Shown piece by piece: positions 49,945 through 64,000 of a stretch of 64,000 bases of DNA. The number at the start of each line of letters is the position of its first letter. The first letter of the stretch is position 1. Under the pieces are notes generated by a model. It made no database searches and was not told where the DNA came from. It worked only from the letters and a program-made list of their open reading frames with translations. The stretch is from Batkoa obscura (lineage: Eukaryota): the NCBI GenBank assembly GCA_030770535.1, contig JASVEC010000001.1, positions 2,170,001-2,234,000 of the forward strand, in the 5' to 3' direction. A program made the translations under genes and the position numbers.

Positions 49945-52448
49945 ATGAAACTAATGAATTTTAAATCTTATCCACTATTAATAATAGTTATATTACTATT
50001 CAATTTCCAATTAATACAAAGTGTAGAAGAGAGCGAAATATCCAAGAAGTCAAACTTTGGTACATATAAACCTAACTTATATTTTAATCTCAATACCCCG
50101 ACAAAAGATTCTAAATTGAATTTTGGCTTATTATGGCAATCACTTAATTCCATTTCCGATTTTGATAGTAAGTTTAATTACATTCTCTTTCTTCACTTTT
50201 CAAATGCTAACATACAAATCTAATTTTTTTTTCCTATTTAGAAATCCGATTTTATTGTGAACAAACTGAAGATTTTGATGGTTATGGCTATCTAAAACAT
50301 GACTTCGATAATTTTGGTTATCAAAGGATTACAGATAATTTAGCTAAATATCAATTAAATACATATTTTGTAAAAAAAGAAGAGTTAGATAAAAGTAAGT
50401 TTAGTTTTTGTCAATAATAGTAATATTTATATTAACTGTTGATTGTTTTTAGATAGATGGTTAGCTAGAGTTAATGGTACTAGTTTAAATTCTGGTAAGA
50501 GTAGTATATATATGAATTAATAGTAGTGTTTATTTGTTTTATTTCTTGTTTTATCAGATAAAAATCAAATTGCAGTTTATTTTTATATATCGTTGGAAAC
50601 GGATGGGGAAGTAGAGATTAAAAAGAATGAAAAGGTAAGATTAGATATTATTACAGTTTTAAACATAGTTAACAATATTATCATTATTAGGGATTAATTC
50701 AATTAATTGGTAATAAAAAGAATATTGGAAGATTTCAAATAGATATTAAAAATGGTAAATAAATAATAGATTAATTGCTATGTAAATAGCTATTAATATT
50801 AACGTTAATAGAAGGTAATATTCAAGGAAATGTTATGGGATTAACTATTGATCAAGAAAATTTATGGAAAGTAAAAGGTAAATTTAAGTATTGTAATAAT
50901 ATATAATAATATATAATATAATAATAAATAACAGAAATTTTAACAAATCAATTAATTAAAACTGGTAAATTGAAATACGAAAAAATACTTAAAGAAAATC
51001 CCAATCAACACTTCGATATAACTACAATTGATCCAAAATTATTATTCAAATTTAATAAGTTATTAACAAAAAAACAAAATAATTTGTTTTTATTTCAATT
51101 TATTATTGATAAGCAAAAGGAATTCAATGTAAGTTTTTATTATTTTTATTGTTATTATAAAATATTCATCAATTATTATTTTGTTTAGTTTGATATTTTA
51201 TTTAATCAATTAAATGACAACGATGACAACACGGATAAAGATTTAAATTGTAAGTTTGTATTATTTAAAATGACAATAACTATAATAATAATTTTAGCTA
51301 ATCAAATAACGAATATAATTAATAATTATGATAGAGAATTTGACAATAAATTTAATGCTAAATTTAATTTAAATGAATATAAAAATAACACCGATTATGT
51401 TGTCTTTGCAAAGTATAGTTTATCAAATTTAATTGGTGGTGTTGGGTAATACAATATAATAATAACGATATTTTGTATTTATATTTTGTGTTAGTTATTT
51501 TTATGGTAATAGTTTAGTTAAAATTGAACCTAAACAACAAAATAAAAACAATGATAATGATGATGATGATGATGATAATGATGATTTCGAAGAATTAAAT
51601 GACAATACCGACAATAATAATAATGATAACACGGACAATGATAATAATAATAATAATAACGAACAAGAGGATGAATTTCAAGATGAAACAAAATCAAGCA
51701 ATGTAATTTTCACTCAGAAGACGGAATTATTTACTGCAGTACCTTCAAGGCCTTTTTTTCCAAGAGGATTTTTATGGTAATCAAAATAGTATTTTATATT
51801 ACAACAGTGTAGTTATAATAATATCATAAATAATAAATAGGGATGAGGGATTCCATCAATTAATCATATCAGAATTTAATGGGGATTTAAGGTAATAAAT
51901 GATATATAAAATAATGTTTTATTAGTTGTAATATAATAAATTTATAATTTTAATAGTTTAAAGATTATCCAATCATGGTTAAATTTAATGGATGAAAATG
52001 GGTGGATTGGTAGAGAACAAATATTAGGTGATGAAGCTAGATCAAGGGTAATTTATAGTAATATAATTATATAATTATATAATTAAGTTTATTAGGTACC
52101 TCCCGAATTTCAAACTCAACATCAAGACTATGCTAATCCACCAACGTTATTTTTAAGTATTGAGAAACTACTATTAAAATATCAGGAAGAACAAAAATTA
52201 AGAAATTACAATTTATTGAAATATTTAAACCAGAATCAAAATCAAAATCAAAATGAAGACAATTATTTAAAGAATAATGATTGGTTATCGGAATTTTATC
52301 CTAAATTGAAATTATATTTTAATTGGTTTTTAAAAACTCAAACTGCTAATGAAAGTTTCAATTTTAAATATGAAGATTTGCTGTTTAAATGGAAAGGTAG
52401 AACTAAAGGTCATTGTTTAACCTCAGGTAAAAACAATATTATTAGCTT

Positions 52449-52514
<66 letters not shown>

Positions 52515-53382
52515 TGTAAATTAATATTCTAATTTGTTTAGGTTTAGATGATTATCCACGACCTATAGTATCTGATAATGAAGCCCATGTAGATTTATTA
52601 TCATGGGTTGGTTATATGAGTAAAGTATTAAAAGATATAGCTAAAGAATTAAATTATAAGAAAGATGAAAAATATTTCGAAAACAAAATTAATGTTATTA
52701 AAAAGAATTTAATTAGTAAGATAAAGAATATTAATATTAATTTATAATATTAATTTTTTTTATTAGAAGTTCACTGGAATCAAGAAGAAACGATGTTTTG
52801 CGATGCTACAATAGATAGGGATAACAGTAAGCTTATTATACTATAATATACATATATATAATTGAACAATAAATTAAATATTAATTATAATAGCAAAAAT
52901 TCAACATACATGTCATAAAGGATATATAAGTTTAATTCCTTTTATAACTGGATTAATTACTAAAGAAGACAAAGAATATGATTCAATTATTGAACTAATT
53001 AAAAACGAATTATGGAGTGAATATGGAATATTAAGTTTAAGTTCCAAAGATAACAATTATTTAACTAAAGAACAATATTGGCGTGGTCCAATTTGGTTAA
53101 ATATTAATTATTTAATATTAAAAATGTTAGATGAAAATTTAGAAGATCAAAAAATTAAGAAAATTTATTATGGATTGAGAAAGAATTTAATTGAAAATAT
53201 GGTACAAGTAAGGAAAATCGAATATCTTGTTAAATAAGTTTATTTATTTATCGTTTTAGAATTATAAAAAAACTGGGTTTATATTTGAATCTTATGAACC
53301 AATAAATGGAAATGGTAAAGGCACTAAACCATTCACTGGTTGGTCTAGTTTAATTTTGTTGATTATGGCGGAGAAGTATTAA
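49945..53382 (+). CDS. CWH41: Mannosyl-oligosaccharide glucosidase I (GH63), many exons
   Basis: [93 protein letters not shown]. Confidence 0.95.
52450..52513. repeat. (ATA)n microsatellite, ~21 units, in a CWH41 intron
   Basis: Direct reading of the sequence. Confidence 0.95.
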
Positions 53383-53870
53383 TAATAAATTTTTATTATT
53401 AATGTTAGCTATCTTTTTTATTATTTTTTGTTATATAAATTTATTATATTATTAATAGTAAAGTTTAGTATATTTCAAGTTATGAAAAAATTAAGCTACT
53501 TATTTGCTATGAGAATAAACTATGGCAAATAATTAAAACGTGATATAAATTCTTATTAAGTTCTATTACATTTAATAATTTTATATAATTGGTATATGAA
53601 TAAATAAAGAATATAATATACTAAAAATGATGATTCGGCCTTTTTTTATTCTTAATTTTACCAATCAATTCATTTGCATATTTCATGCATTTACTTAATT
53701 GGTCAAAATTATCAATTTGCAACAAAATTTGACACAAGTGACGATGTATTGGTTAAGTTTTACAATGAAAAATAAACTCAAAAATAAAGTATAAATAAGA
53801 AAATTATAAACAAAAGTATTCTTTTTTTCTTTTATTTAATAATTCAAATTATAAAATAGAAGATAAAAAT

Positions 53871-56608
53871 ATGGATAAATTTACACCAAAGGATTTATTA
53901 TCTCCTTCATTATCAGAAGAACTTGTAGATTCTAATGATAAGGGATTAGCTTCTCCTTTCTTTACTTACCAATTAAATAAATCTATTCAATCCGTAAGAT
54001 TTATAATTGATTTATATAGCTTAACAAGGCTAATAGTATTTTTTTTAGGAAAATGCTAAATTGTTTGCCCATCATCAATTTGATCAAACTAGTAAACTTA
54101 AGCCTGAAGATTTTCGTAGTTTAAGTAGTGAAGTTTTAGAGAAATTATCAGAAAATTTTGCAAAAACTAGTTTACAGGGTAATATTTATCTTTTTAACTT
54201 AAACTGATCAAAATTAACAATCACAAAACCTTTCTATAGAAAATCAACTTCAAGAAGAATTAACCGAATTATTAAATACTTTAAAGAAATGTTGTCAACT
54301 TCGTCAAAAACATATCAATGCTTCTTTACAAAATATCAACGATGGTCCTCAAAATAAAGAGGATTGGGAAATTTATCCACCTCCACCTCCACCTCATTGG
54401 TCTCCAAAAGATAACCCTTCTTCTCATCCTGATAATCGATTTCGTTTTGAAGATTGCAAAATTCCTGAAGAATGTTCGGTAAGGATTATGATCTATTATT
54501 ATAAAATAGTTATTAATACTTTTTATAATAGAAGGTATTTGGTATGGATGATGCAGGCCTTTATAGAGTTTATAATTCTCAAGAAGGTAAAAAATAGAAA
54601 AAAGTATATTATAATTTAATACTAATATTTTTAATCAACTAGATCTTGAAAATGGAAAATATCTATATGAAGTTCCCAGTATCAAAGAACATTTTTCAGA
54701 CTTGGAATTTATATTACAAATTATATCCGATGGACCAACTAAATCATTTGCTTATCGTCGTATTCGTTATTTGGAATCTAAATTTCAATTATATTCTTTA
54801 TTAAATGAATATCAAGAATTAGCTGCATCAAAGGTAATTTGATTTTAAATTATTTTATTATTTGTAATAAATAAACTTTGCTTTAGGGTGTACCTCATCG
54901 TGATTTTTATAATGTACGTAAAGTAGATACTCATATTCATCATTCTGCTTGTATGAATCAAAAACATTTATTACGTTTTATCAAAGCTAAATTAAAGAAA
55001 TGCCCAGATGTAAGTATCATTTTATTGGTTTTATTATAAAAATTCTAATTTAATTAGGATGTAGTTATCTTCCGTGATAACAAGCATTTGACTTTAGCCC
55101 AAGTATTTGAATCACTCAATTTAACTTCCTATGATTTAAGTATTGATACTTTAGATATGCATGTAAACATAATATATTTTATTTATATGTATAAATGATT
55201 GATACTTTTTTAGGCTCATAAAGATTCTTTCCATCGATTCGATAAATTTAATTTAAAATATAATCCAATTGGAGAATCACGTCTTAGAGAAATTTTCTTA
55301 AAAACTGACAATTATGTTAAAGGAAAATATTTGGCTGAACTTACTAAGGAAGTAGTTAACGATCTTGAATCTAGTAAATATCAAATGGCTGAATACCGTT
55401 TATCAATTTATGGAAGAACAGCAGATGAATGGGATAAACTTGCAGAGTGGGTAATTGATAATGAATTAGTATTTCATAATGTACGTTGGTTAATTCAATT
55501 ACCAAGACTATATAATGTATATCATTCTTCTGGAAATGTACAAAATTTTGAAGACGTAATTCGAAATGTATTTAAACCTTTATACGAAGTAACTCAAAAT
55601 CCAAAGTCTCATCCAAAACTTCATGTATTTTTACAAAGGGTAGTAGGATTCGATAGTGTAGATGATGAAAGTAAACCAGAGAGAAGAATTCATCACAAAT
55701 TTCCATTACCTAAACAATGGGATACTAGACATAATCCACCTTATTCTTATTATATTTATTTTATGTATGCTAATTTAGTAAGTTTAAATCATTGGAGAAA
55801 AGATCGTAATTTCAATACCTTTATGCTACGTCCACATTCTGGTGAAGCTGGTGATACAGATCATTTAGCTTCTACCTTTTTAACTTCTTTTGGTATTAGT
55901 CATGGTATTTTATTACGCAAAGTACCAGTACTACAATATCTATTTTATTTGGAACAGATACCTATTCATATGTCACCATTAAGCAATAATGCTTTATTTT
56001 TAAATTATGAACGTAATCCATTCCATTCTTACTTCCAAAGAGGCCTAAATGTTAGTTTATCTACAGATGATCCTTTACAGTTTCATTTTACGAAAGAACC
56101 TTTAATTGAAGAATATTCTGTTGCAGCACAAATTTGGAAATTATCTCCAACAGATATGTGTGAAATATCAAGAAATTCTGTATTACAATCTGGATTTGAA
56201 TTAAATATTAAAAAACATTGGTTAGGTGAAAATTGTCATAAACCTGGTCCAATGGGCAATAATGTACAAAAAACAAATGTACCTGATATCAGAGTTTCCT
56301 ATCGTTATGAAACTTGGATGGATGAAGTTAACATGATTAAACATCAAGGTGTTATTAAATCTATGCCAGGCTCTGGAAGCTTAAATTCGCCTTTAACAGA
56401 TTTTAATTTAGGGATGCCTAAATTAAATTTAGATCATCATACAGGTAACTCAGGGTTAGCTAATCAACATAAATTTGCTCATCCCATTGAAGCCACCGCT
56501 GCTATGTTAGTACCTGGACTTATTAAATCCCCTAATATTGCTATTGCTCGTAAATTAGCTCAAGAAGATGGCATGGAAAACTTTAATGATGATGATTGTG
56601 AAATTTAA
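53871..56608 (+). CDS. AMD1: AMP deaminase, multi-exon
   Basis: [75 protein letters not shown]. Confidence 0.97.
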
Positions 56609-56871
56609 TTAATTTTGTAAAAAAATTATAGATTAAATAAAAATACATTGTAATAAAGAGTTATTTTGTATATTGAATAAAAACTTTTTGTATCAATTAC
56701 TATTAATTTTGATTACATTATTTGGTTGAAAGATTGTTAATTATGGTGATTTATATTTTTGTAAACTATTTAATTGAAAACTAAAAAATTAAATTTTATT
56801 TAATTTATAACTTTTAATATACAAGTTAACAAGCTACACTATAGTAATGCATCAAATAAATATAAATACAG

Positions 56872-57290
56872 AGAAGTCGCACACTTATAGTCAACAGCAT
56901 ATCTAATAAAAATAGAATTAATATCTCAACTTAAAAAGTTTTAAAAATATAAAGTTAAATATCATAGAGATTCCCAATTTCTTAATGTTTAAAAAATCAT
57001 TTTGTTTCATTTTAAATTTTACATTAATTTATAATCATTTTATGACTGTTATTAAATAGTTAGATAAAAAAACTTACCCTTAGCGGTATTGAGTTTGCTC
57101 AAGTATAAGTATCAACAAGAAGTTACACATTCATAGCAACAGAAATCCAATCTAATGAAAATAGAATTAATATCTCAACTTAAAAAAGTTATATAAAAAA
57201 TAAAAATATCATAGAGATTCCCAATTTCTTAATGTTTTAAAAAATCATTTTGTTTCATTTTGAATTTTACATTAATTTATAATCATTTTA
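56872..57290. repeat. Local direct duplication, ~170-bp units with ~248-bp period
   Basis: 56872-57042 and 57118-57290 share ATAGAATTAATATCTCAACTTAAAAA...ATCATAGAGATTCCCAATTTCTTAATG...TTTTACATTAATTTATAATCATTTTA. Confidence 0.92.
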
Positions 57291-57715
57291 AGCTGAAATT
57301 ACTATCAAAAAATAAAAATTACATTATTCTGTTCCATTTGGTGGGTATAAGCAGACTCCAGATTTGTATTGAAAGAAGTTGCAATTTATTCTCCAAATTA
57401 AACACATTATAGCTGACACATAAAGGCGATCTCATTGAAATTGGTTCATAAGCTCATATAAATTGGTATAGTCTCCCACACACCCCTCTCATTAAAACAA
57501 GTGTCTCAAGGACCAAATGGATGAATTAGAAACTTATCTTAATAGCTGCTGATATCAACAAAATTCACTTATCAGAATTTAATTTTAATATGATTATGGG
57601 ATTTGTTAATTTTTCAAAATTTCATCACTAAAATTCTATTTTGAATTTAAAACGGCTGAACGGGTTCGATTCCTGGGTTTACATACTAAGTTTACTCATC
57701 TGCTAAAAACTTGTA

Positions 57716-58473
57716 TCAAAAACGGGCTGCCTCATTATCCAGCGTGATAAAATTCAGACTGGTGCTATTACTATCATCTTCATAAATATTATAAACTGTT
57801 GTTGTATTATTGATAATATTAATGTTATCTAACATGACAAAAAATTCAAAATATGGATCATGGGTATTACTATTTAGCAAATGTATCAAATGATTTAAAA
57901 ATACCAAATTCAATTGAATAAATATATTACTAATTTCTATTTAGCTGCTTCACTACTGTGAATTCGATTCTTGTAAACCATCTTGTAAACTTGCTCTTTA
58001 TTCAACTTGCTCCTAACAATCTTCTTAATTAACTTTTTCAAAAACAAAAGCCATTTCAACTCAGTGTCTGATACTTAACAGATATGATGTTAGTACGTTA
58101 TTACAATCTAAGTTTTTAACCAACAATAGCTATCTTTTTTCATATTTCTCCATAACTTTATTTAAATTTAACTTAAATGACTAAGTAAATATTGAATATT
58201 CATTCCCTTTCAATCCTATATAAGATTTAATTTCTTTGTACTTTCCCATTAATTTTAATGTCCGATTTATTGACTCATCTCTTCTGATTCTATGGTTGGG
58301 AAGCTTTTGTTGATCGAAAAATACTCTTTAGAAGTTTCGGTATTCTCTTGTAATTTGATGTCATCTTGATTATCTGATTTTTGAGTTTATATCTTTTCTA
58401 TTGATCGCTATCCTTTTCTTAGTTCAAATATTTCTTCTGAATACCCTAAAATAATTAATAATTCATGATACAT
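57716..58473 (-). pseudogene. Pseudogenised, inverted partial copy of the GCP4 5' region (~first 260 codons)
   Basis: MYHELLIILGYSEEIFELRKG* at 58473; LVFLNHLIHLLNSNTHDPYFEFFVMLDNINIINNTTTVYNIYEDDSNSTSLNFITLDN aligns to LVFLNYLTYFLLNGSIYDPYSEFFIMLDN...TIYNIYEDDS; stops and frameshifts. Confidence 0.92.
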
Positions 58474-58799
58474 AGCTTAAATTTATTATCCACTAATCAA
58501 AAATAAAAGTTAAAAAACTGAATTTAGAAATTTTTAAGTAATGTTTAGATCTAAAAAAAATTATATAAAAATTGCAATTCAAATTTAAAATAAATTAAAG
58601 TTAAATATTGATTAATAAATCATTTTTATAATTAAAACTCTAAATCAATTGGCACGATATAAAGTAAGATAGAGCAAAAGCAACTTGTAAACACAACGGC
58701 TATAGTACCTTAAGATTTCGTAAATAAAGTTAACGTGACCTAAAAAAATTCAAATTGAACAAAAAATGATAAATACAAAAATCCATTCCCAATATTAAA

Positions 58800-59955
58800 A
58801 AAATAGTTTATTGAGTCTAAGAATTTTACTAAGAATTTTTCCACTCAAATGGCGCTTAAAAGATGGAAAAAGAAATGAAGCCAAAAAAAACATCCCCAAA
58901 TAGTAAATAATAAAATTAATGATATGAGAGTGTTTTTTTTGACTTCATTATTTTTCCGTTTTTCAAGCGCTGTTTAAGCGGAAAATTCGTTAGTAAAATT
59001 CTTGAACACAAAAATACATCCTCATATTCTGTTTGCAGGACTTTACTAAATTTAATATATATAGTAAGGCAATAGAAACTTAAATTAATGAGTAATATTA
59101 GCTGTTATTTTTTTACTTCTTAAACACCTGGTTTTTATATTTTATATAATAATTAAAAAGTTTTTATAGTATGGGGATGTGTTTTTTTATTTAAGAATTT
59201 TACTACAATCTTTCCACTCAAATAGCGCTTAAAAATGGAAAAATAATGGAACCAAAAAAAACAGCCCTGTATTATGATTAAAAGCTTTTTTAAATAAAAA
59301 AACTTATATTGAAGCTATTATTAAGCATCCCATACCAAGATTTAATAAGTCACATTATAATAATTATTTTGATAGTACCATGGGAAATGCAGTGTTGGCT
59401 TTGTGAAAGGATGCCTTTTGAACAAAGTGTAAGAAAAAGCATATAAAACAAATAGTTTAAGTTGCATCTTTCATCTATTATATGGGGATGTATTTTTATA
59501 TTTAAGGATTCTATTAATAATTTTTCCGCTCAAATAGTACTTAGAGGATGGAAAAAGTAATGAAACCAAAAAAAACATCCCCAATACCTATAATATTTTA
59601 TCGCTTTATTTCAAAATACAAGTATTTTGAATTATTTGATTATCAAATCATCTTCACCTTTTAATAAAAATAATGGTTATTTAATTTACAAGTATGCTAT
59701 TTGTATTATGATATGGATTCATTATTTTCTTTTAAGCTATTATTTGAACAAACTTTTATATTATTCATCTCAACTTGAAAATTACAAAGTTTATACTTTT
59801 CAAATTTATGAATATTTTTTAGTTGAACTCTTTTCATGAAATATATTAGAACACTAGCAAATAGGGCTGTTTTTTTTGGTTTCATTATTCTTCCATTTTT
59901 TAAACACTATCTAAGTGAAAGATTATAGTAAAATTTTTAAACAAGACACATCCCC
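58800..59955. mobile_element. Cluster of five MITE-like copies: ~58800-58897(+), 58926-59023(-), 59173-59268(+), 59484-59582(+), 59863-59955(-)
   Basis: Each has GGGG(A/C)TGT...ACA(T/G)CCCC-type ends (left end of the first eroded) and the shared internal core. Confidence 0.88.
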
Positions 59956-60315
59956 AAATAGACTATCATTTTCTTTGTTTCAAAATTTTATGTTACAAAA
60001 CCATCATCTTTTTCTATTTTATATAAACATAAAACTGGTTTTGTTCGTCGCTATTTAACGGTAAATAAAGTAACCTTAATACTATATACTGATCTTTTAA
60101 AAATATTTAATAATTGATAAAACTATTTACACATTAAAACCTTAATAAATTATAACTTCAATTTAAAAAGTAGTGAATGCCTACAAAAATTTTAAAATGT
60201 TTATTAATATATTTTAAAAATTATAAGCAATAATTTTAATTTAATGATGCACATCTATCCCTCTATTAGAGGCTCAAGGTGCCTTTTTATAATATATTAG
60301 ATTCGTTAGGTTAGT

Positions 60316-62431
<2,116 letters not shown>

Positions 62432-62585
62432 GATATAAATTTATCTCAAGAAAAAGAGAGAGTAGTCTAAATTCTAATTTTTGATTAAACTATGACTACT
62501 TTTTGGATTGTCTTATTTTATAATTTCCTATTTTTCGATTAGATCATAAATTCTTTGAAAAATTGCTAAGAATTGAGTTTTGGGG

Positions 62586-62817
62586 AAATTCAAATTCTTG
62601 AAGTAGCAAATTAACTCACCTTTTTTCTAGAATCGCTCGACAATAATTTGCTTACAGTAGCTTGGGCTAAGTGGCTTTAATTTTAGATAGATTTTGCTTT
62701 AAAATAAAACCAATAAGAGTAAGAAATTTATTCTAATTAATGAGAAGGATTCGCTAATGAGCATCATTTTTCTCGGATTTCAAAATATCCTTAAAAGTAG
62801 TCACTTCTAGAATTTTC
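62586..62817. promoter_or_regulatory. Heat-shock elements upstream of SSC1
   Basis: TTCtaGAAttTTC (62805-62817), TTCtaGAA (62625-62632), TTCttGAA near 62595; nGAAn inverted arrays. Confidence 0.6.
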
Positions 62818-63659
62818 TAATAGAATCTGATATGATTAAGTTTTGGTTAATTGATTATTACAAGCTATACTACTACTATTTATTAGCAACATCAGTACAG
62901 AAAAGGACACAAAATGAATACATTATAAAAGTATATAGAAATAGTAGTGATATACGATATAGAAAATTTAGATCAAAAATGTATTAAAATCATAACACTT
63001 AGTTATTTAGTTAAGGACTTTTTAGATGCTTTTGCTACATGATATTTTATTGGAAAGTATTGGCTGAGAAAGGAAGTCGTGGTGCGCAGTCTTATTCTAT
63101 TTTTAAAAGGAAAATATTTACAAAAGCTAAAATCAACTTATTTGAAAGCAAAATTTAAGAGGAGTCAACTTCCGATTAAATTTATCCCTATGGGCTAAGT
63201 CAACTATACTTGACCTACTATCAGGTTTGATAATGCTAAAGGTTGAAGAAATTGGTATATCCCAATAAATATATGGCTGTGTGTGACACTATTATATTTA
63301 TATCTATATTTATCTTTTAATCCATTATTCTTTTTTAGCTTAGTATTTAATTGAAGCAGAGTATGTTAACTAGACTCTTTTAAATAGATTATCCAAAGTA
63401 TATTTTAAGCTAAAAATCCTGCCCAAAAATTATATTTATTTAAGCAAAGACAATAAAATGACTTTAATTACATCTTTTAACTTTAATAGTTGATAAACAA
63501 GTAAAGTATTGTTATATCATGGTTATTGCTTGCTTAAGGGGTTTAATATTATATCTATCAAAGAAGTAAACTCACTGTTAGTTTTAAGGGATAAAAAGTT
63601 TAAATTAATTTGATTAAAAAGTTGGCATATTCCTTTATTAGCTAATAATTTGGTAGAAA

Positions 63660-63730
63660 AAAATCAAAATTTAAAAATCAATTCAAAAATTTAAAATAAT
63701 CAATTCAAAAATTTAAAAATAATCAATTCT
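63660..63730. repeat. Short AT-rich tandem repeat (~21-23-bp unit x3)
   Basis: aatcaattcaaaaatttaaaa(a)t repeated. Confidence 0.7.
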
Positions 63731-63818
63731 AATGATTTGAGTTTATTTAGTTAATATTAAATATTTTAAGAATCCATTTGTACGTTTTTATAGGAAAAAT
63801 ACATAGTTTATACAAGAA

Positions 63819-64000
63819 ATGCTAAAAATCAAAAAAGAGCACTGGCCTAGGGTGCCTAAAATCCTCAAAGATGAAGTTCAAGGTCAAACATATAAAAGAG
63901 AAGAAAAGATAGGAGAGGTAATTAACACGTTATTAAAACTCAATCCTTTTAAAATGTTAAAAAGGGGGGATTCAGCAAATGCTATCGGGTGACTAATATT
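63819..64000 (+). CDS. 5' part of a Polo-like kinase (Cdc5/Plo1), running off the window; start codon uncertain
   Basis: MLKIKKEHWPRVPKILKDEVQGQTYKREEKIGE|intron 63918-63964|GGFSKCYRVTNI; GxGGFxKCY glycine loop typical of PLKs. Confidence 0.75.

Noticed and set aside
57655..57680. GGTTCGATTCC B-box / T-arm-like sequence suggesting a tRNA or SINE
   Set aside because: Only a 4-bp T-stem; no A-box, D-arm, anticodon arm or acceptor stem upstream
58800..59955. Repeat cluster as a CRISPR-like array
   Set aside because: Units are ~98 bp, in mixed orientation and irregularly spaced, in a eukaryotic context with no cas genes

Overview
AT-rich, gene-dense eukaryotic DNA with many ~45-70 nt GT-AG introns. 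It is best read as an early-diverging fungus; the intronless secreted S1 proteases and GCP4 would fit Zoopagomycota/Entomophthoromycotina, which is my inference. About 26 genes were assembled by hand. Most are housekeeping: BST1, MED7, MET1, LTV1, BET1, A20/AN1 finger, CCDC130/YJU2B, carnitine carrier, YOS9, RPS29, VMA13, TRM8, WBP2-like, GCP4, SWC4, CWH41, AMD1, SSC1 and the 5' end of a Polo kinase. Unusual features: (1) a 1208-bp, apparently identical inverted duplication of a pirin gene enclosing an 8.4-kb block; (2) inside that block, an intact Merlin/IS1595-type transposase ORF with a destroyed DDE triad, a candidate domesticated gene; (3) two S1 proteases with insertions at the same site in the catalytic domain, one ~240 aa long; (4) a ~98-bp MITE-like family with at least 11 copies, one exactly at the pirin breakpoint; (5) a predicted N-myristoylated SAM-like + Rieske [2Fe-2S] protein; (6) a decayed ORF with seven tandem HTH motifs; (7) a near-perfect 43-bp hairpin; (8) an older inverted GCP4 pseudogene. 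All calls come from manual reading and motif recall, and no searches were run. Multi-exon gene ends may be off by a few codons.
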